Shown: piece after piece, positions 8,648-18,180 of the stretch
Layout of the letters: every line of letters starts with the position of its first letter
Position numbering within the stretch: the first letter of the stretch is position 1
Source: Chloroflexota bacterium
GTDB taxonomy: Bacteria; Chloroflexota; Chloroflexia; QHBQ01
Assembly: GCA_043754535.1 (NCBI GenBank)
Contig: JAYUUN010000056.1
Span: 1-42,351 of the forward strand
DNA length: 42,351 bases
Direction: 5' to 3'
The notes under the pieces: model-generated
What the model saw: the letters and a program-made list of their open reading frames with translations, nothing else
The model's database searches: none
Told to the model about the DNA's origin: nothing
Made by a program: the position numbers and the translations under genes

Positions 8648-10050
8648 ATGGACAAGCAAAAAATCAAGGCCGCCCTCGACGAGTACGCCTTGCGCTACCC
8701 TCGACCGACCCAGCCTGGAGCAGACGATCACCGCCGCCGCAGAGCTACAACGGGCTGCCCCGCAAGCGCGCAATCACCCGCGCCGCACCTTGCGCCTGAC
8801 CCAGCTAGCCACCATCTCTGCGCTCGTGCTGGTAGTCAGCTTTGTCAGCTACGCCCTCGCGCCAATCGTGGGTAGAGGGCTGGCCGGTGACTTCAATCGC
8901 CAGGAGGCAATAGCTACCGCGACCGCAGTGGCAGACCCCGAACTCAATCCGCTGCTCTGGTCGCCCCTGGTCAAGCGGGCGCAGAACCTCAACCTCAGCC
9001 AGACGGTTGCCAGCGACACGATCACCCTCAAGCGGGTGTACGCCGACTCCAACCTGATCGCCGTCCACTACACGATCCAGAGCCTGGGCGCGCACGTTGA
9101 TGACAGCAGCGGTTGCCTTAACACTCAACAGGTACCTGGTAGCGCGGGTCAGGGCTTCATGGTGACCGGGGGTTATGGTTTCCCGCTGATTTGTGGGCAA
9201 GCGATACCCACAAAGGTACAGCTCTACGCTAACGACAAGCAGGTTCCTGCCTTCACTGGCAGCACCTTGCTTATGGATAGAGACAGTATAGTGGTTAGCC
9301 CGGCTACCCCTCGCAGCAGCGGCTACCCTGTCCAAGAGAATGACGGCAGCTACGCCCTGGGTGGCGCAGACCTGCTCTACCGCTGGCAGGGTGGCGGCAA
9401 GCAGGGTGCGGGGGCTGATCGAGGCGGTTAGCTACTTTGATGCCAGCAGCCTGCACGAGAGCGGCCTACTCAACCTCCGCTTCGGCGTTGACCTGCAACC
9501 TGGCGGAGACCTCACGACCATGCACATCGATGAGCCTGGCTTCATCCGAAGCGGTGTCAGCTACAAGCGGGGGACGGCTGCCGACGGGAGCAGCAGACCG
9601 AACGAGCCGTTCCAATACAGCTTTACCGCCACCCAGGTGACCGAGCAGCGCACCATTGCTGCCCAGCAGACGTTGAAGGCCAACGGCCTCAGCATGACGC
9701 TGGATGACGTGCAACTTACGCCAGTACAGATGCGCCTGCACCTGCACTTCTCGCAACCAGTCGGCGCATCAGCTAGCAATTGGCGACCATTCGCTGACCT
9801 GGTTGGCCCTGGCTTCGTCACCGGGAACGGCTACACATACTTGCCAATCATCAGGCTAGGCAACCTGCTAGCCGAACGCTGGGAGCGGCAGGCGGATGGT
9901 AGCTGGCTCTACATCGTCACTGGCAATGTCTATGAGCAGCTAGGTGACTGGGCGTTGACCGTCTACCATCTGCAAGGCGGAAGCGTAGGCGACCTGCCTG
10001 GCCCCTGGATATTCAAGTTCAACCTGCCAGCAGCAGCAAGCAGCAAGTAA
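8648..10050 (+). pseudogene. Putative membrane anti-sigma factor (DUF4179-like extracellular part) interrupted by two +1 frameshifts
   Basis: ATG 8648 follows an AAGGAG RBS. Coding sense moves from ORF 8648 to ORF 8574 near CCC 8698-8700, then to ORF 9340 near GGGGG 9410-9414. Removing two bases gives one 466-aa ORF with an N-terminal module, TM helix and LNLSQTVASDTITLKRVYADSN-type beta domain. Could be sequencing errors. Confidence 0.7.
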
Positions 10051-10151
10051 CCAAAGCGCAGAGTGCAGCAGCGGGGTGGATCGCTGTTGACCCACCCCAC
10101 TACTATAGCCTCAGCCTATGGCAGCGATACGCAAAACCTATTCGCCCCCGC

Positions 10152-10180
10152 TTGTCTAGCTGGGGCGATAGTGCTATAAT
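10152..10180 (+). promoter_or_regulatory. sigma70 promoter of sdhCAB
   Basis: TTGTCT-N17-TATAAT with TG extension. Confidence 0.65.
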
Positions 10181-10287
10181 GTGGCATATAGGCGGGACAC
10201 TAGCTGCAACGAGCCTTATCAGCAGCCCAACCCAACTAGCCTCCGCAACGTAGCGGGCGTAAGAAATATAGAGGAGGGAGTTCGACA

Positions 10288-10986
10288 ATGAGTACTACTC
10301 CAGTTGTCAAAGGCGGCGGCAGCAAGGCGCAAAGTAGCTTTGCCACCCGCAACCACTACTGGCTTCGCCGCTTGCATTCCCTCAGTGGGATCGTGCCAAT
10401 CGGCGGCTTCATGCTGTTCCACCTCTACATCAACGCCTTCGCCCTCAACGGCGCGGCAGCCTTCAACAAGGCAGCGGGCAGCATCGAGGATCAGCCAGGG
10501 GTGCGTATCCTGGAGTGGGTGGTGATCTTCATCCCCTTGCTCTACCACGCCTTCTATGGCCTCTACATCTTCTTCTATGCCAAGCAGAATAAGGTACACT
10601 ATGCCTATTACCGCAACTGGGCCTTCTTCCTGCAACGCTGGACAGCGATCATTGCTCTGTTCTTTATCCTCTACCACACGGTAGCCCTACGCTTCCTCAC
10701 CTTCGGCGGCAAAGTGCCACCAAACTACACTTCGGTGATGCAACACCTGACCGACCCCTGGGTGCTGCTGATCTACGTCGTTGGCCTACTCGCTACTACC
10801 TTCCACCTGACCAACGGCATCTGGGCCTTCCTGGTTAGCTGGGGTCTCACCGTCGGCCCCCGCGCCCAGCGGGTCTCCGCCTACGTCTGTGGATTCCTCT
10901 TTATCGCAATTTCGCTGCTCGGTGTCGCCATTGCCACCCATTTCTACCTGGTCGGCAACGGGGTGCTGGGTACCATCTTGTCGTAA
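10288..10986 (+). CDS. sdhC: Succinate dehydrogenase cytochrome b558 subunit (Bacillus type)
   Basis: RRLHSLSGIVPIG motif, about five TM helices with several His candidates for heme ligands, FHLTNGIWAFLVSWG. Precedes sdhA. Confidence 0.92.
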   Translation: MSTTPVVKGGGSKAQSSFATRNHYWLRRLHSLSGIVPIGGFMLFHLYINAFALNGAAAFNKAAGSIEDQPGVRILEWVVIFIPLLYHAFYGLYIFFYAKQNKVHYAYYRNWAFFLQRWTAIIALFFILYHTVALRFLTFGGKVPPNYTSVMQHLTDPWVLLIYVVGLLATTFHLTNGIWAFLVSWGLTVGPRAQRVSAYVCGFLFIAISLLGVAIATHFYLVGNGVLGTILS

Positions 10987-11057
10987 GTGGGAGCGCAAGC
11001 AGCCCAGCCCCGCAACGAAGCGTAAGCATCAGGGTTCGTACCAGAAGGAGGAAGTTA

Positions 11058-13097
11058 ATGCCAGCCAGGATCATCATTGTCGGCGGCGGGCTTGCGGGCC
11101 TCAGTGCTGCCATCAAGGTCGCCGAGGCGAGCGTGCCGGTTGACCTTTTCAGCATCGTCCCCGTGCGTCGCAGCCACTCGGTTTGCGCTCAGGGTGGGAT
11201 CAACGCTGCCGTCAACACCAAAGGCGAAGGCGACAGTCCTGCTCAACACTTCGACGATACCGTTTATGGCGGCGACTTCCTTGCCAACCAACCGGCGGTT
11301 AAGGCGATGTGCGACGCTGCCCCCAGCATCATCTATCTGCTCGATCGCATGGGGGTGCCGTTCAGCCGCACCCCCGAAGGCTACATTGACTTCCGCCGCT
11401 TCGGTGGCACCCTCTTTCACCGCACCGCCTTCGCTGGGGCTACTACCGGCCAGCAGTTGATGTACGCCCTTGATGAGCAGGTGCGCCACCATGAGGCCGA
11501 GGGTACGGTCAAGAAGTACGAAACCTGGGAGTTCCTCAGCCTCGTTCTCGACGAGCAGGGCAACTGCTGCGGCATCACCGCCCAGGATTTGCGGAGCATG
11601 GAGATCAAGAGCTTCGCCGCCGACGCAGTGATCATGGCGACTGGTGGCCCCGGCGTGGTCTTCGGCAAGTCCACCAATTCGGTGATCAACACTGGCACCG
11701 CCGCCAGCGCAGTCTACCAGCAGGGCGCACTCTACGCCAACGGCGAGTTCATCCAGGTTCACCCCACCGCCATCCCCGGCGAAGACAAGTTGCGCCTGAT
11801 GTCCGAGTCGATCCGTGGCGAGGGTGGCCGCGTTTGGACTTACAAGGACGGCCAACGCTGGTACTTCCTGGAGGAGCGTTACCCCAAGTACGGCAACCTG
11901 GTTCCCCGCGACATTGCCACCCGCGAAATCTTCCAGGTAGTCACCGAGATGGGCCTGGGCGTAGACGGCCAACGCCAGGTCTACCTCGATATTAGCCACC
12001 TCGACCCGGAGATGCTTGAGCGAAAGCTGGGTGGGGTGATCGAAATCTACCGCAAGTTTGTGGGTGACGACCCCACCCGCGTGCCAATGCGCGTCTTCCC
12101 CGCCGTACACTATTCGATGGGTGGCCTCTGGGTAGACATGAACCAGGCGACCAACATCCCTGGCCTGTTCGCGGCTGGCGAAGTAGACTACAGCATCCAC
12201 GGGGCAAACCGCCTGGGCGCGAACTCGCTCGTCTCCTGCATCTACGGCGGCTTCGTTGCTGGCCCTAACGCCGTCACCTATGCCAAGAACGCGAACAAGA
12301 GCGCAGCCGCGGTTAGCAGCACGGTCTATGAGGGGGAGGTACGCCGCCAGCAGGAGAAGGTGGATCGCCTGCTTCGAGCCAGCGGCAGCGAGAACCCCTA
12401 CCAGATGCACAAGGAACTGGGCGAGATGATGACCGACAACGTTACCATCGTCCGCTACAACAAGAACCTCAAGGCGACGGACGAGAAGTTGCAGCAGATG
12501 ATCGAGCGTTATAGCAACAACATCATGGTACCCGACCACTCTGCCTTCGCCAACCAGGCGGTGGCCTTTACTCGCCAGTTGTGGAATATGCTGGTGCTGG
12601 CCCGCGCTATTACCCTCGGTGCGTTGGCCCGCGACGAATCGCGGGGGGCGCACTACAAGCCCGACTTCCCTGAGCGCGACGACGCGAACTTCCTCAAGAC
12701 CACTATCGCCCGCTACGATGCCGCAACCACCGCGCCCCAACTTAGCTACGAGGCAGTAGATGTTAGCCTGACCAAGCCCCGCGCCCGTGTCTACACTGAT
12801 GACGGCGCGAAGAAGGCGGCAGGAGCAACAGCAGTAGTTGTTGGCACGAACGGCCACAGCAACGGGGTAAACGGCCACGCCAACGGTGTCTCTGCTAACG
12901 GGGTAAACGGCCACGCCAATGGCAGCGACGGCCACATCAGCCCAGAAGGGGCTGTGCCACAAACCGCAGCCGCCCTGCACAAGGTGTCGGCGGCAGTGTC
13001 TGCCGATCCAGTGCCAGAGATGGCAAGCAGTGCCGCCAACGCAGGCGCGAACCTGGGCATCGACAACGTGACCCCACAGCCAGAAGACCGTAAGTGA
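11058..13097 (+). CDS. sdhA: Succinate dehydrogenase flavoprotein subunit
   Basis: GGGLAG FAD motif, RSHSVCAQGG (covalent-FAD His), HYSMGG, HGANRLGANSL and ESRGAH. Extra ~90-aa low-complexity C-terminal tail. Confidence 0.96.
   Translation: MPARIIIVGGGLAGLSAAIKVAEASVPVDLFSIVPVRRSHSVCAQGGINAAVNTKGEGDSPAQHFDDTVYGGDFLANQPAVKAMCDAAPSIIYLLDRMGVPFSRTPEGYIDFRRFGGTLFHRTAFAGATTGQQLMYALDEQVRHHEAEGTVKKYETWEFLSLVLDEQGNCCGITAQDLRSMEIKSFAADAVIMATGGPGVVFGKSTNSVINTGTAASAVYQQGALYANGEFIQVHPTAIPGEDKLRLMSESIRGEGGRVWTYKDGQRWYFLEERYPKYGNLVPRDIATREIFQVVTEMGLGVDGQRQVYLDISHLDPEMLERKLGGVIEIYRKFVGDDPTRVPMRVFPAVHYSMGGLWVDMNQATNIPGLFAAGEVDYSIHGANRLGANSLVSCIYGGFVAGPNAVTYAKNANKSAAAVSSTVYEGEVRRQQEKVDRLLRASGSENPYQMHKELGEMMTDNVTIVRYNKNLKATDEKLQQMIERYSNNIMVPDHSAFANQAVAFTRQLWNMLVLARAITLGALARDESRGAHYKPDFPERDDANFLKTTIARYDAATTAPQLSYEAVDVSLTKPRARVYTDDGAKKAAGATAVVVGTNGHSNGVNGHANGVSANGVNGHANGSDGHISPEGAVPQTAAALHKVSAAVSADPVPEMASSAANAGANLGIDNVTPQPEDRK
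12861..12919 (+). repeat. 23-nt direct repeat inside the sdhA tail
   Basis: AACGGGGTAAACGGCCACGCCAA at 12861-12883 and 12897-12919 (36-nt period), encoding NGVNGHAN twice. Confidence 0.8.
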
Positions 13098-13390
13098 CTT
13101 TGGCTCTATGACTTGGAGCTTTGGAGGGTGCTGATCCATTGGCACGCTCCAAAGTCTAAAGCTGGGTTGGTGGGCAGCGATGACCATGCAGGCGAGTAAT
13201 CTCGTGGCTGTGAGCCAATGGCAGAAGAACGAGTACTGGGCTATCAGCATCGAAATCCTAGGCAGTGACAGTGCTTAAGCAGATGAAGTTGGAGGCTAAA
13301 GGGCGGCGAGATTGACGGCTTAAGGCTTTCATCGAACCGCTCACCTCCTCGCTAACAAAGAAACAGAAGTTTGGGCAAGGAGCAACCAAC

Positions 13391-14242
13391 ATGGCACAGA
13401 GTTATCCCGGCAGCGGAGCCAACGGCAGCATGAATGGCGCAAGCCTCTCCAACCCTGGCGCGACGGCCCAGGCCGCCAAGCCCGCTAAGCCACCGATCCG
13501 CATCCGCGTGCGCCGTCAGGATGCACCCGACAGCAGCGGTAAGGCGAATGTGCGCTACGAGGATTTTGCTATCCCCTACAAGCCGAACATGAACATCATC
13601 TCGTGCTTGATGGAGATTCAGCGCAACCCAAAGGATGTCAACGGTCAGGCCGTCAACCCGGTGGTTTGGGAGAACAACTGCCTGGAACAGGTCTGCGGCA
13701 GTTGCGCCGTTGTGGTCAACGGCAAGACCAAGATGGCCTGCTCCAGTCTGGTTGACCAGTTCGACCAGCCGATCACTATCGAGCCGATGCGCTCCTTCCC
13801 TGTCCTGCGCGACCTGATCGTGGATCGCCGCCGAATGTTCGACGCGCTGAAGAAGGTGAAGGCATGGGTGCCGATTGACGGCAGCTACGATCTCGGTCCC
13901 GGCCCCAAGATGTCGCCAGAGGAAGCCGACCAGCGGTATGTAGAGTCTACCTGCATGACCTGTGGCATCTGCCTCGAAGTCTGCCCCAACGTCAGCGAGG
14001 AGTCGCCCTTCATTGGCGCGTTTGCGATCAACCAGGTGCGCCTGTTCAACCAGCACCCGACCGGCAAGCTGAACAAGAATGAGCGGCTCAAGGCACTGAT
14101 GGAGGAGGGTGGCATTGCCTACTGTGGTAACAGCCAGAACTGCGTACAGGCTTGCCCCAAGGGTATCCCCCTCACCGAGTCCATTGCCGAGATGAACCGC
14201 GCCGTCAACTTCTACGCGATCACCCGCATCTTCAAGAAGTAA
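13391..14242 (+). CDS. sdhB: Succinate dehydrogenase iron-sulfur subunit
   Basis: Cys clusters CLEQVCGSC, CMTCGICLEVCP and CGNSQNCVQACP. Confidence 0.96.
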   Translation: MAQSYPGSGANGSMNGASLSNPGATAQAAKPAKPPIRIRVRRQDAPDSSGKANVRYEDFAIPYKPNMNIISCLMEIQRNPKDVNGQAVNPVVWENNCLEQVCGSCAVVVNGKTKMACSSLVDQFDQPITIEPMRSFPVLRDLIVDRRRMFDALKKVKAWVPIDGSYDLGPGPKMSPEEADQRYVESTCMTCGICLEVCPNVSEESPFIGAFAINQVRLFNQHPTGKLNKNERLKALMEEGGIAYCGNSQNCVQACPKGIPLTESIAEMNRAVNFYAITRIFKK

Positions 14243-14256
14243 GTAACCCAGGCGAC

Positions 14257-14290
14257 GGGGTACACCAATGGGGGTGTACCCCTTTTGGTT
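14257..14290 (+). terminator. Rho-independent terminator of sdhCAB
   Basis: 10-bp stem GGGGTACACC / GGTGTACCCC followed by TTTTGGTT. Confidence 0.8.
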
Positions 14291-14365
14291 TGCCCAACCC
14301 TCCCTGAACTTCTGTTATAATAAGCGCAACAAACGTAGACCCCTAAGCAAACAGGAGAGTAGCTA

Positions 14366-15388
14366 ATGAGTGCTGAAAGTAGGCCGCCTGCCCAACGCCA
14401 ACTGATGGCGATGATCACCAGCTTCTGGGCCGCACGCGCTATCTACGCCGCTGCCAGCCTGGGGGTGGCCGATCTGCTCAAGGATGGTCGCCGATCTGCG
14501 GCTGAGATGGCAGAAACACTGGCAGTCAACAGCGATGGTCTACACCGTCTGCTGCGTGCGCTCACCTTTGTTGGCATCTTCGACCTTGACGAGCGAGGTG
14601 GCTTCGGCCTGACCGAGATGGGCCAGTACCTGCGGAGCGACCTGCCCACCTCCCTGCGCGGACATAGCCTCTTTCACGGCAGTGCCTGGTCATGGCAATC
14701 CTGGAGCGAGATACTCTACAGCGTGCAGAGCGGCCAGCCCGCTGGCGAACACGTCTTTGGTCTGGAGATGTTCGACTACCTCAACGAGCGACCGACTGAA
14801 GCCCACGCCTTCGACCAGGCAATGACCAGCACCAGCGACAGCTTCAACTACCCTGTTGTCAGCAGCTACGACTTCAGCGGGATCAGCAAGCTGGCCGACA
14901 TTGGTGGTGGGCGCGGCAGCTTCCTGGCCGCTATCCTGCGCGCCAACCCCCTCATGCGCGGATTGCTCTTTGAGCAGCAAGCCACAAGCGAGGGTGCAAG
15001 CGTAGCCCTGGGCGCACAAGGGCTAGCCGACCGTTGCGAGTTCGTGGTTGGCGACTTCTTCCAGAGTGTACCAGGTGGGGCCGATGCTTACGCCCTCAAG
15101 AATGTACTGCACGACTGGGATGATGCACGAGCGAGCAAGATATTGCAGAACGTGCGTCAGGCGATGCAGCCCGGCAACAGGCTGCTGATCGTCGAGAACA
15201 TGATCCTCACCGAGAACCAGCCGAGCTTCGGCATGATCATGGATTTGCAGATGATGCTCGTCACCCCCAGTGGCCGCGAGCGCACCGTCGCCCAGTTTAG
15301 CCTGCTGCTAGTGGCGGCGGGCTTCCAGTTCAAGCGGCTGGTGCCGACTGGCTCATCAATGAACGTGCTTGAGGCGGTCGCGATCTAG
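14366..15388 (+). CDS. SAM-dependent O-methyltransferase (N-terminal dimerisation domain + Methyltransf_2)
   Basis: LADIGGGRG, GDFF, KNVLHDWDD and GRERT motifs. Extended -10 TGnTATAAT at 14313-14321. Confidence 0.88.
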   Translation: MSAESRPPAQRQLMAMITSFWAARAIYAAASLGVADLLKDGRRSAAEMAETLAVNSDGLHRLLRALTFVGIFDLDERGGFGLTEMGQYLRSDLPTSLRGHSLFHGSAWSWQSWSEILYSVQSGQPAGEHVFGLEMFDYLNERPTEAHAFDQAMTSTSDSFNYPVVSSYDFSGISKLADIGGGRGSFLAAILRANPLMRGLLFEQQATSEGASVALGAQGLADRCEFVVGDFFQSVPGGADAYALKNVLHDWDDARASKILQNVRQAMQPGNRLLIVENMILTENQPSFGMIMDLQMMLVTPSGRERTVAQFSLLLVAAGFQFKRLVPTGSSMNVLEAVAI

Positions 15389-15441
15389 CAGCGGCACGTA
15401 GCCTGCTCAGTAGCTAGCAATAACCTCAGAAGGAGCAAGCG

Positions 15442-15900
15442 ATGAGCGCGAAAGATACGGTCGAGCAGTTGATCAAGGCACTGGAGGCTCAGGAATGGCA
15501 AGCGGCGGCGGCTCTCCTCAGCGACGACTTCGCCGAGGGTGGCACCTTGCCTGGTGAGGCGCAGACCCGCGAAGACTACCTGGCGGCACAGAAGGCTATT
15601 GCCACCGCCTTCCCCGATTGGCACTACACCGTCAGCGATGTGCAGGAACAGGGCAACACAGTAACCTTGCGTCTGGCAGGCAGCGGTACGCACACGGGCG
15701 AACTGGTACCGCCAATCCCGGCTATGCCAGCGATCCCCGCCACTGGCAAGGCAGTGACATTGCCTGCTGACCATGCAGAGTTCATGCTCAAGGACGGGCA
15801 GATTACCGCATTGCGGCTGGACACCCCCCTCGGTGGCGGTTTGGACGGCATCCTGGAACAGATCGGCGCAGTGCCGCTGATGGAGATGGGCGGACAGTAG
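15442..15900 (+). CDS. SnoaL-like ester cyclase / NTF2-fold protein
   Basis: AFPDWHYTV..., GTHTGEL...PATGKAV and DGQIT motifs. AGGAG RBS. Confidence 0.82.
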   Translation: MSAKDTVEQLIKALEAQEWQAAAALLSDDFAEGGTLPGEAQTREDYLAAQKAIATAFPDWHYTVSDVQEQGNTVTLRLAGSGTHTGELVPPIPAMPAIPATGKAVTLPADHAEFMLKDGQITALRLDTPLGGGLDGILEQIGAVPLMEMGGQ

Positions 15901-15924
15901 CTCTGGCCCACAGAGGAGGCGAGA

Positions 15925-16521
15925 TTGGCAACCAACGAGTACTACTTCAGCAGCCAGTGGCAGGTGGAGGGGACGGCAGACGAAGTAGCAGCGATCCTCA
16001 GCGACGTTGAGGCCCTACCGCGCTGGTGGCCGAGCGTCTACCGTGAGGTCTACACCCTGCGCTCTGGCAACCAGCAGGGGATCGGCAAGGTGGTTGAGTT
16101 GCACACCAAAGGCTGGTTGCCCTACACCTTGCTCTGGCAGTTCACCGTTGTGGCCCGCGATCTGCCGCACAGCCTGACCCTCGATACCACTGGCGATTTT
16201 GTAGGCCGCGCAGTCTGGACATTTGCGCAGGATGGCCCACTGGTTAATGTGGGCTGCGAGTGGCAGTTCCGCGCCGAAAAGCGGCTACTGCGCTATCTCT
16301 CCCCACTGCTAAAGCCTCTCTTTCGGCTCAACCACCTGTGGGCTATGGATCGCGGGCTAGCGAGCCTCAAGCTCGAACTGCGCCGCCAACAGGCCCGCTC
16401 AGTAGAAGAACTGGCCCACGTCCCAGCACCGCCACCACCACCCTCAGCACTCACCTTGCCGCTCGCGCTGGCGGCAATGCTAGGGCTGGTGGGGCTGCTA
16501 GGCCTGCGCCGCCGCCGATAG
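15925..16521 (+). CDS. SRPBCC (polyketide cyclase/dehydrase-like) protein with C-terminal membrane anchor
   Basis: LSDVEALPRWWPSV, GDFVGRAVWTF and LLKPLFRLNHLWAM motifs, then a Pro linker and hydrophobic tail ending RRRR. TTG start after GAGGAGG. Confidence 0.75.
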   Translation: MATNEYYFSSQWQVEGTADEVAAILSDVEALPRWWPSVYREVYTLRSGNQQGIGKVVELHTKGWLPYTLLWQFTVVARDLPHSLTLDTTGDFVGRAVWTFAQDGPLVNVGCEWQFRAEKRLLRYLSPLLKPLFRLNHLWAMDRGLASLKLELRRQQARSVEELAHVPAPPPPPSALTLPLALAAMLGLVGLLGLRRRR

Positions 16522-16561
16522 TCTAGGCAATGCCGCCGAAACAGTACCTGCCAGCCTCCGA

Positions 16562-16591
16562 TTGACAAGCGTGCAGCAGAGTTGCTATACT
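16562..16591 (+). promoter_or_regulatory. sigma70 promoter
   Basis: TTGACA-N18-TATACT with TG extension. Confidence 0.65.
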
Positions 16592-16686
16592 AGTTATGAA
16601 CAGGCCATACGCAGGAGCAAGGGCGCAAGCGGGTGCGCCCTTAGTTTGCTAGCCGCCATGCCAGCCAGGAGGTATCTTCGCCCTTA

Positions 16687-17454
16687 ATGCAGCCGCACGA
16701 GTATGAGACGATGTACAGGGCCGAAGATCGGCACTGGTGGTATGTGGGCCTCCGCACGGTAATGTTCAGCCTGCTGAACTTGCCCCGCCGCCCGCACAAC
16801 GAAGCCGAACGGCAGTACCACATCCTCGACGCGGGCTGCGGTACTGGTGGCACCCTCGGTAAGCTGTGGCGTTATCCGCACGCCCAGGGCATTGACTACT
16901 CCCCCCTTGCGGTGGAGTTCTGCCACCAACGCGGCCTGCATAACGTGCAGCAAGGCTCGGTGACAGCAATCCCCCAGCAGGACAGCAGCCTCGACCTGCT
17001 AATCTCGCTTGATGTCCTCTGCGACGAGGGTACACCGCCGGAGTCGTTCGCCCTGCGCGAGTTCTACCGCGTGGTCAAGCCAGGCGGCAGGCTCTACCTC
17101 AACCTGCCAGCCTACGGCTTCCTACGCGGTGAACACGACGTTGCCGCTGGGGTGGTGCGCCGCTACGATGCGGCCAGGCTGCGCGGGCTGGTAGAGGGCG
17201 CGGGTTTCCGCATCCGCCGCCTCACCTATTGGAACACCCTGCTCTTTCCTATCGTTGTGGCTGTGCGCCGCAGTCAGGCTACTGCCGCCCGTACCCTGGC
17301 CGAGAAGCCCGCCGACGCACGGAGCGACGTGAAGCTACCGCCAGAGCCGCTCAACCGTGTTCTGACTAACCTGGTGCGCCTCGAAGCCGCGTGGTTGCGC
17401 CGCTTTGACCTGCCTTACGGCTCATCCATCGCCTGCGTCGCCGAGAAGATTTGA
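16687..17454 (+). CDS. Class I SAM-dependent methyltransferase
   Basis: N-terminal EDRHWWY, ILDAGCGTGG motif I and VVKPGG. Confidence 0.85.
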   Translation: MQPHEYETMYRAEDRHWWYVGLRTVMFSLLNLPRRPHNEAERQYHILDAGCGTGGTLGKLWRYPHAQGIDYSPLAVEFCHQRGLHNVQQGSVTAIPQQDSSLDLLISLDVLCDEGTPPESFALREFYRVVKPGGRLYLNLPAYGFLRGEHDVAAGVVRRYDAARLRGLVEGAGFRIRRLTYWNTLLFPIVVAVRRSQATAARTLAEKPADARSDVKLPPEPLNRVLTNLVRLEAAWLRRFDLPYGSSIACVAEKI

Positions 17455-17470
17455 GGCTACCTGCGCCAAC

Positions 17471-18175
17471 TCAGGCAAGGTCGAACAGCAACACCTCTGC
17501 CTGCTGCTCGCCGTCGCCAGTCAGCGTCACCTGCCCCTCGGCGGTAATGAATGCGCCGTCACTGGTCTGCAACTGCTGGCCGTTGAGGGTGATGCTGCCG
17601 CGCACTACCTGCACGTAGCCGTAGCGGTCGGGCGCAAACTGGTGGCTGACTGTCTGCCCCTGCTCTAGCAAGGTGCTGTAGAGCTTCGCGTCCTGATGGA
17701 TCGTCACTGCGCCCTCGGCACCGTCGGGGGCCGCGACCAGCCGTAGCCTGCCCTGCTTCTCCGCAGCAGGAAAGAAGGTCTGCTCGTAGCTGGGCGATAG
17801 GCCGCGGGCGTTGGGCAGCAGCCAGATTTGCAGGAAGTGCAACCCCTCCTCCTTCGCGTGGTTGAACTCGCTGTGGCGCACTCCTGTGCCTGCGCTCATC
17901 CGCTGCACTTCACCAGGGCGAATTACCGAGGTGTTACCCATGCTATCCTTATGCTCCAATCCACCTGCCAGCACGTAGGAGATGATCTCCATGTTGTTGT
18001 GCGCGTGGGTGGGGAAGCCGTGACCAGGGTTGACCCGATCCTCGTTGATCACCAACAGGCTACGGAAGCCACTGAAGCGTGGGTCGTAGTAGTCGGCGAA
18101 AGAGAAGCTGTGGTAAGTATTGAGCCAACCGTGATCAAAGTGGCCGCGCTCGGCGGCCTTACGTACCTGAATCAT
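17471..18175 (-). CDS. Pirin family protein (YhhW-like)
   Basis: HGWLNTYHSFSFADYYDP, FPTHAHNNMEIISYV, QRMSAGTGVRHSE and FLQIW motifs. Start at ATG 18175 after GGAGG. Confidence 0.92.
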   Translation of the reverse strand: MIQVRKAAERGHFDHGWLNTYHSFSFADYYDPRFSGFRSLLVINEDRVNPGHGFPTHAHNNMEIISYVLAGGLEHKDSMGNTSVIRPGEVQRMSAGTGVRHSEFNHAKEEGLHFLQIWLLPNARGLSPSYEQTFFPAAEKQGRLRLVAAPDGAEGAVTIHQDAKLYSTLLEQGQTVSHQFAPDRYGYVQVVRGSITLNGQQLQTSDGAFITAEGQVTLTGDGEQQAEVLLFDLA

Positions 18176-18180
18176 CGCCG

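Noticed and set aside
11055..13250. 731-aa minus-strand ORF
   Set aside because: Antisense shadow of sdhA, expected from high-GC codon bias.
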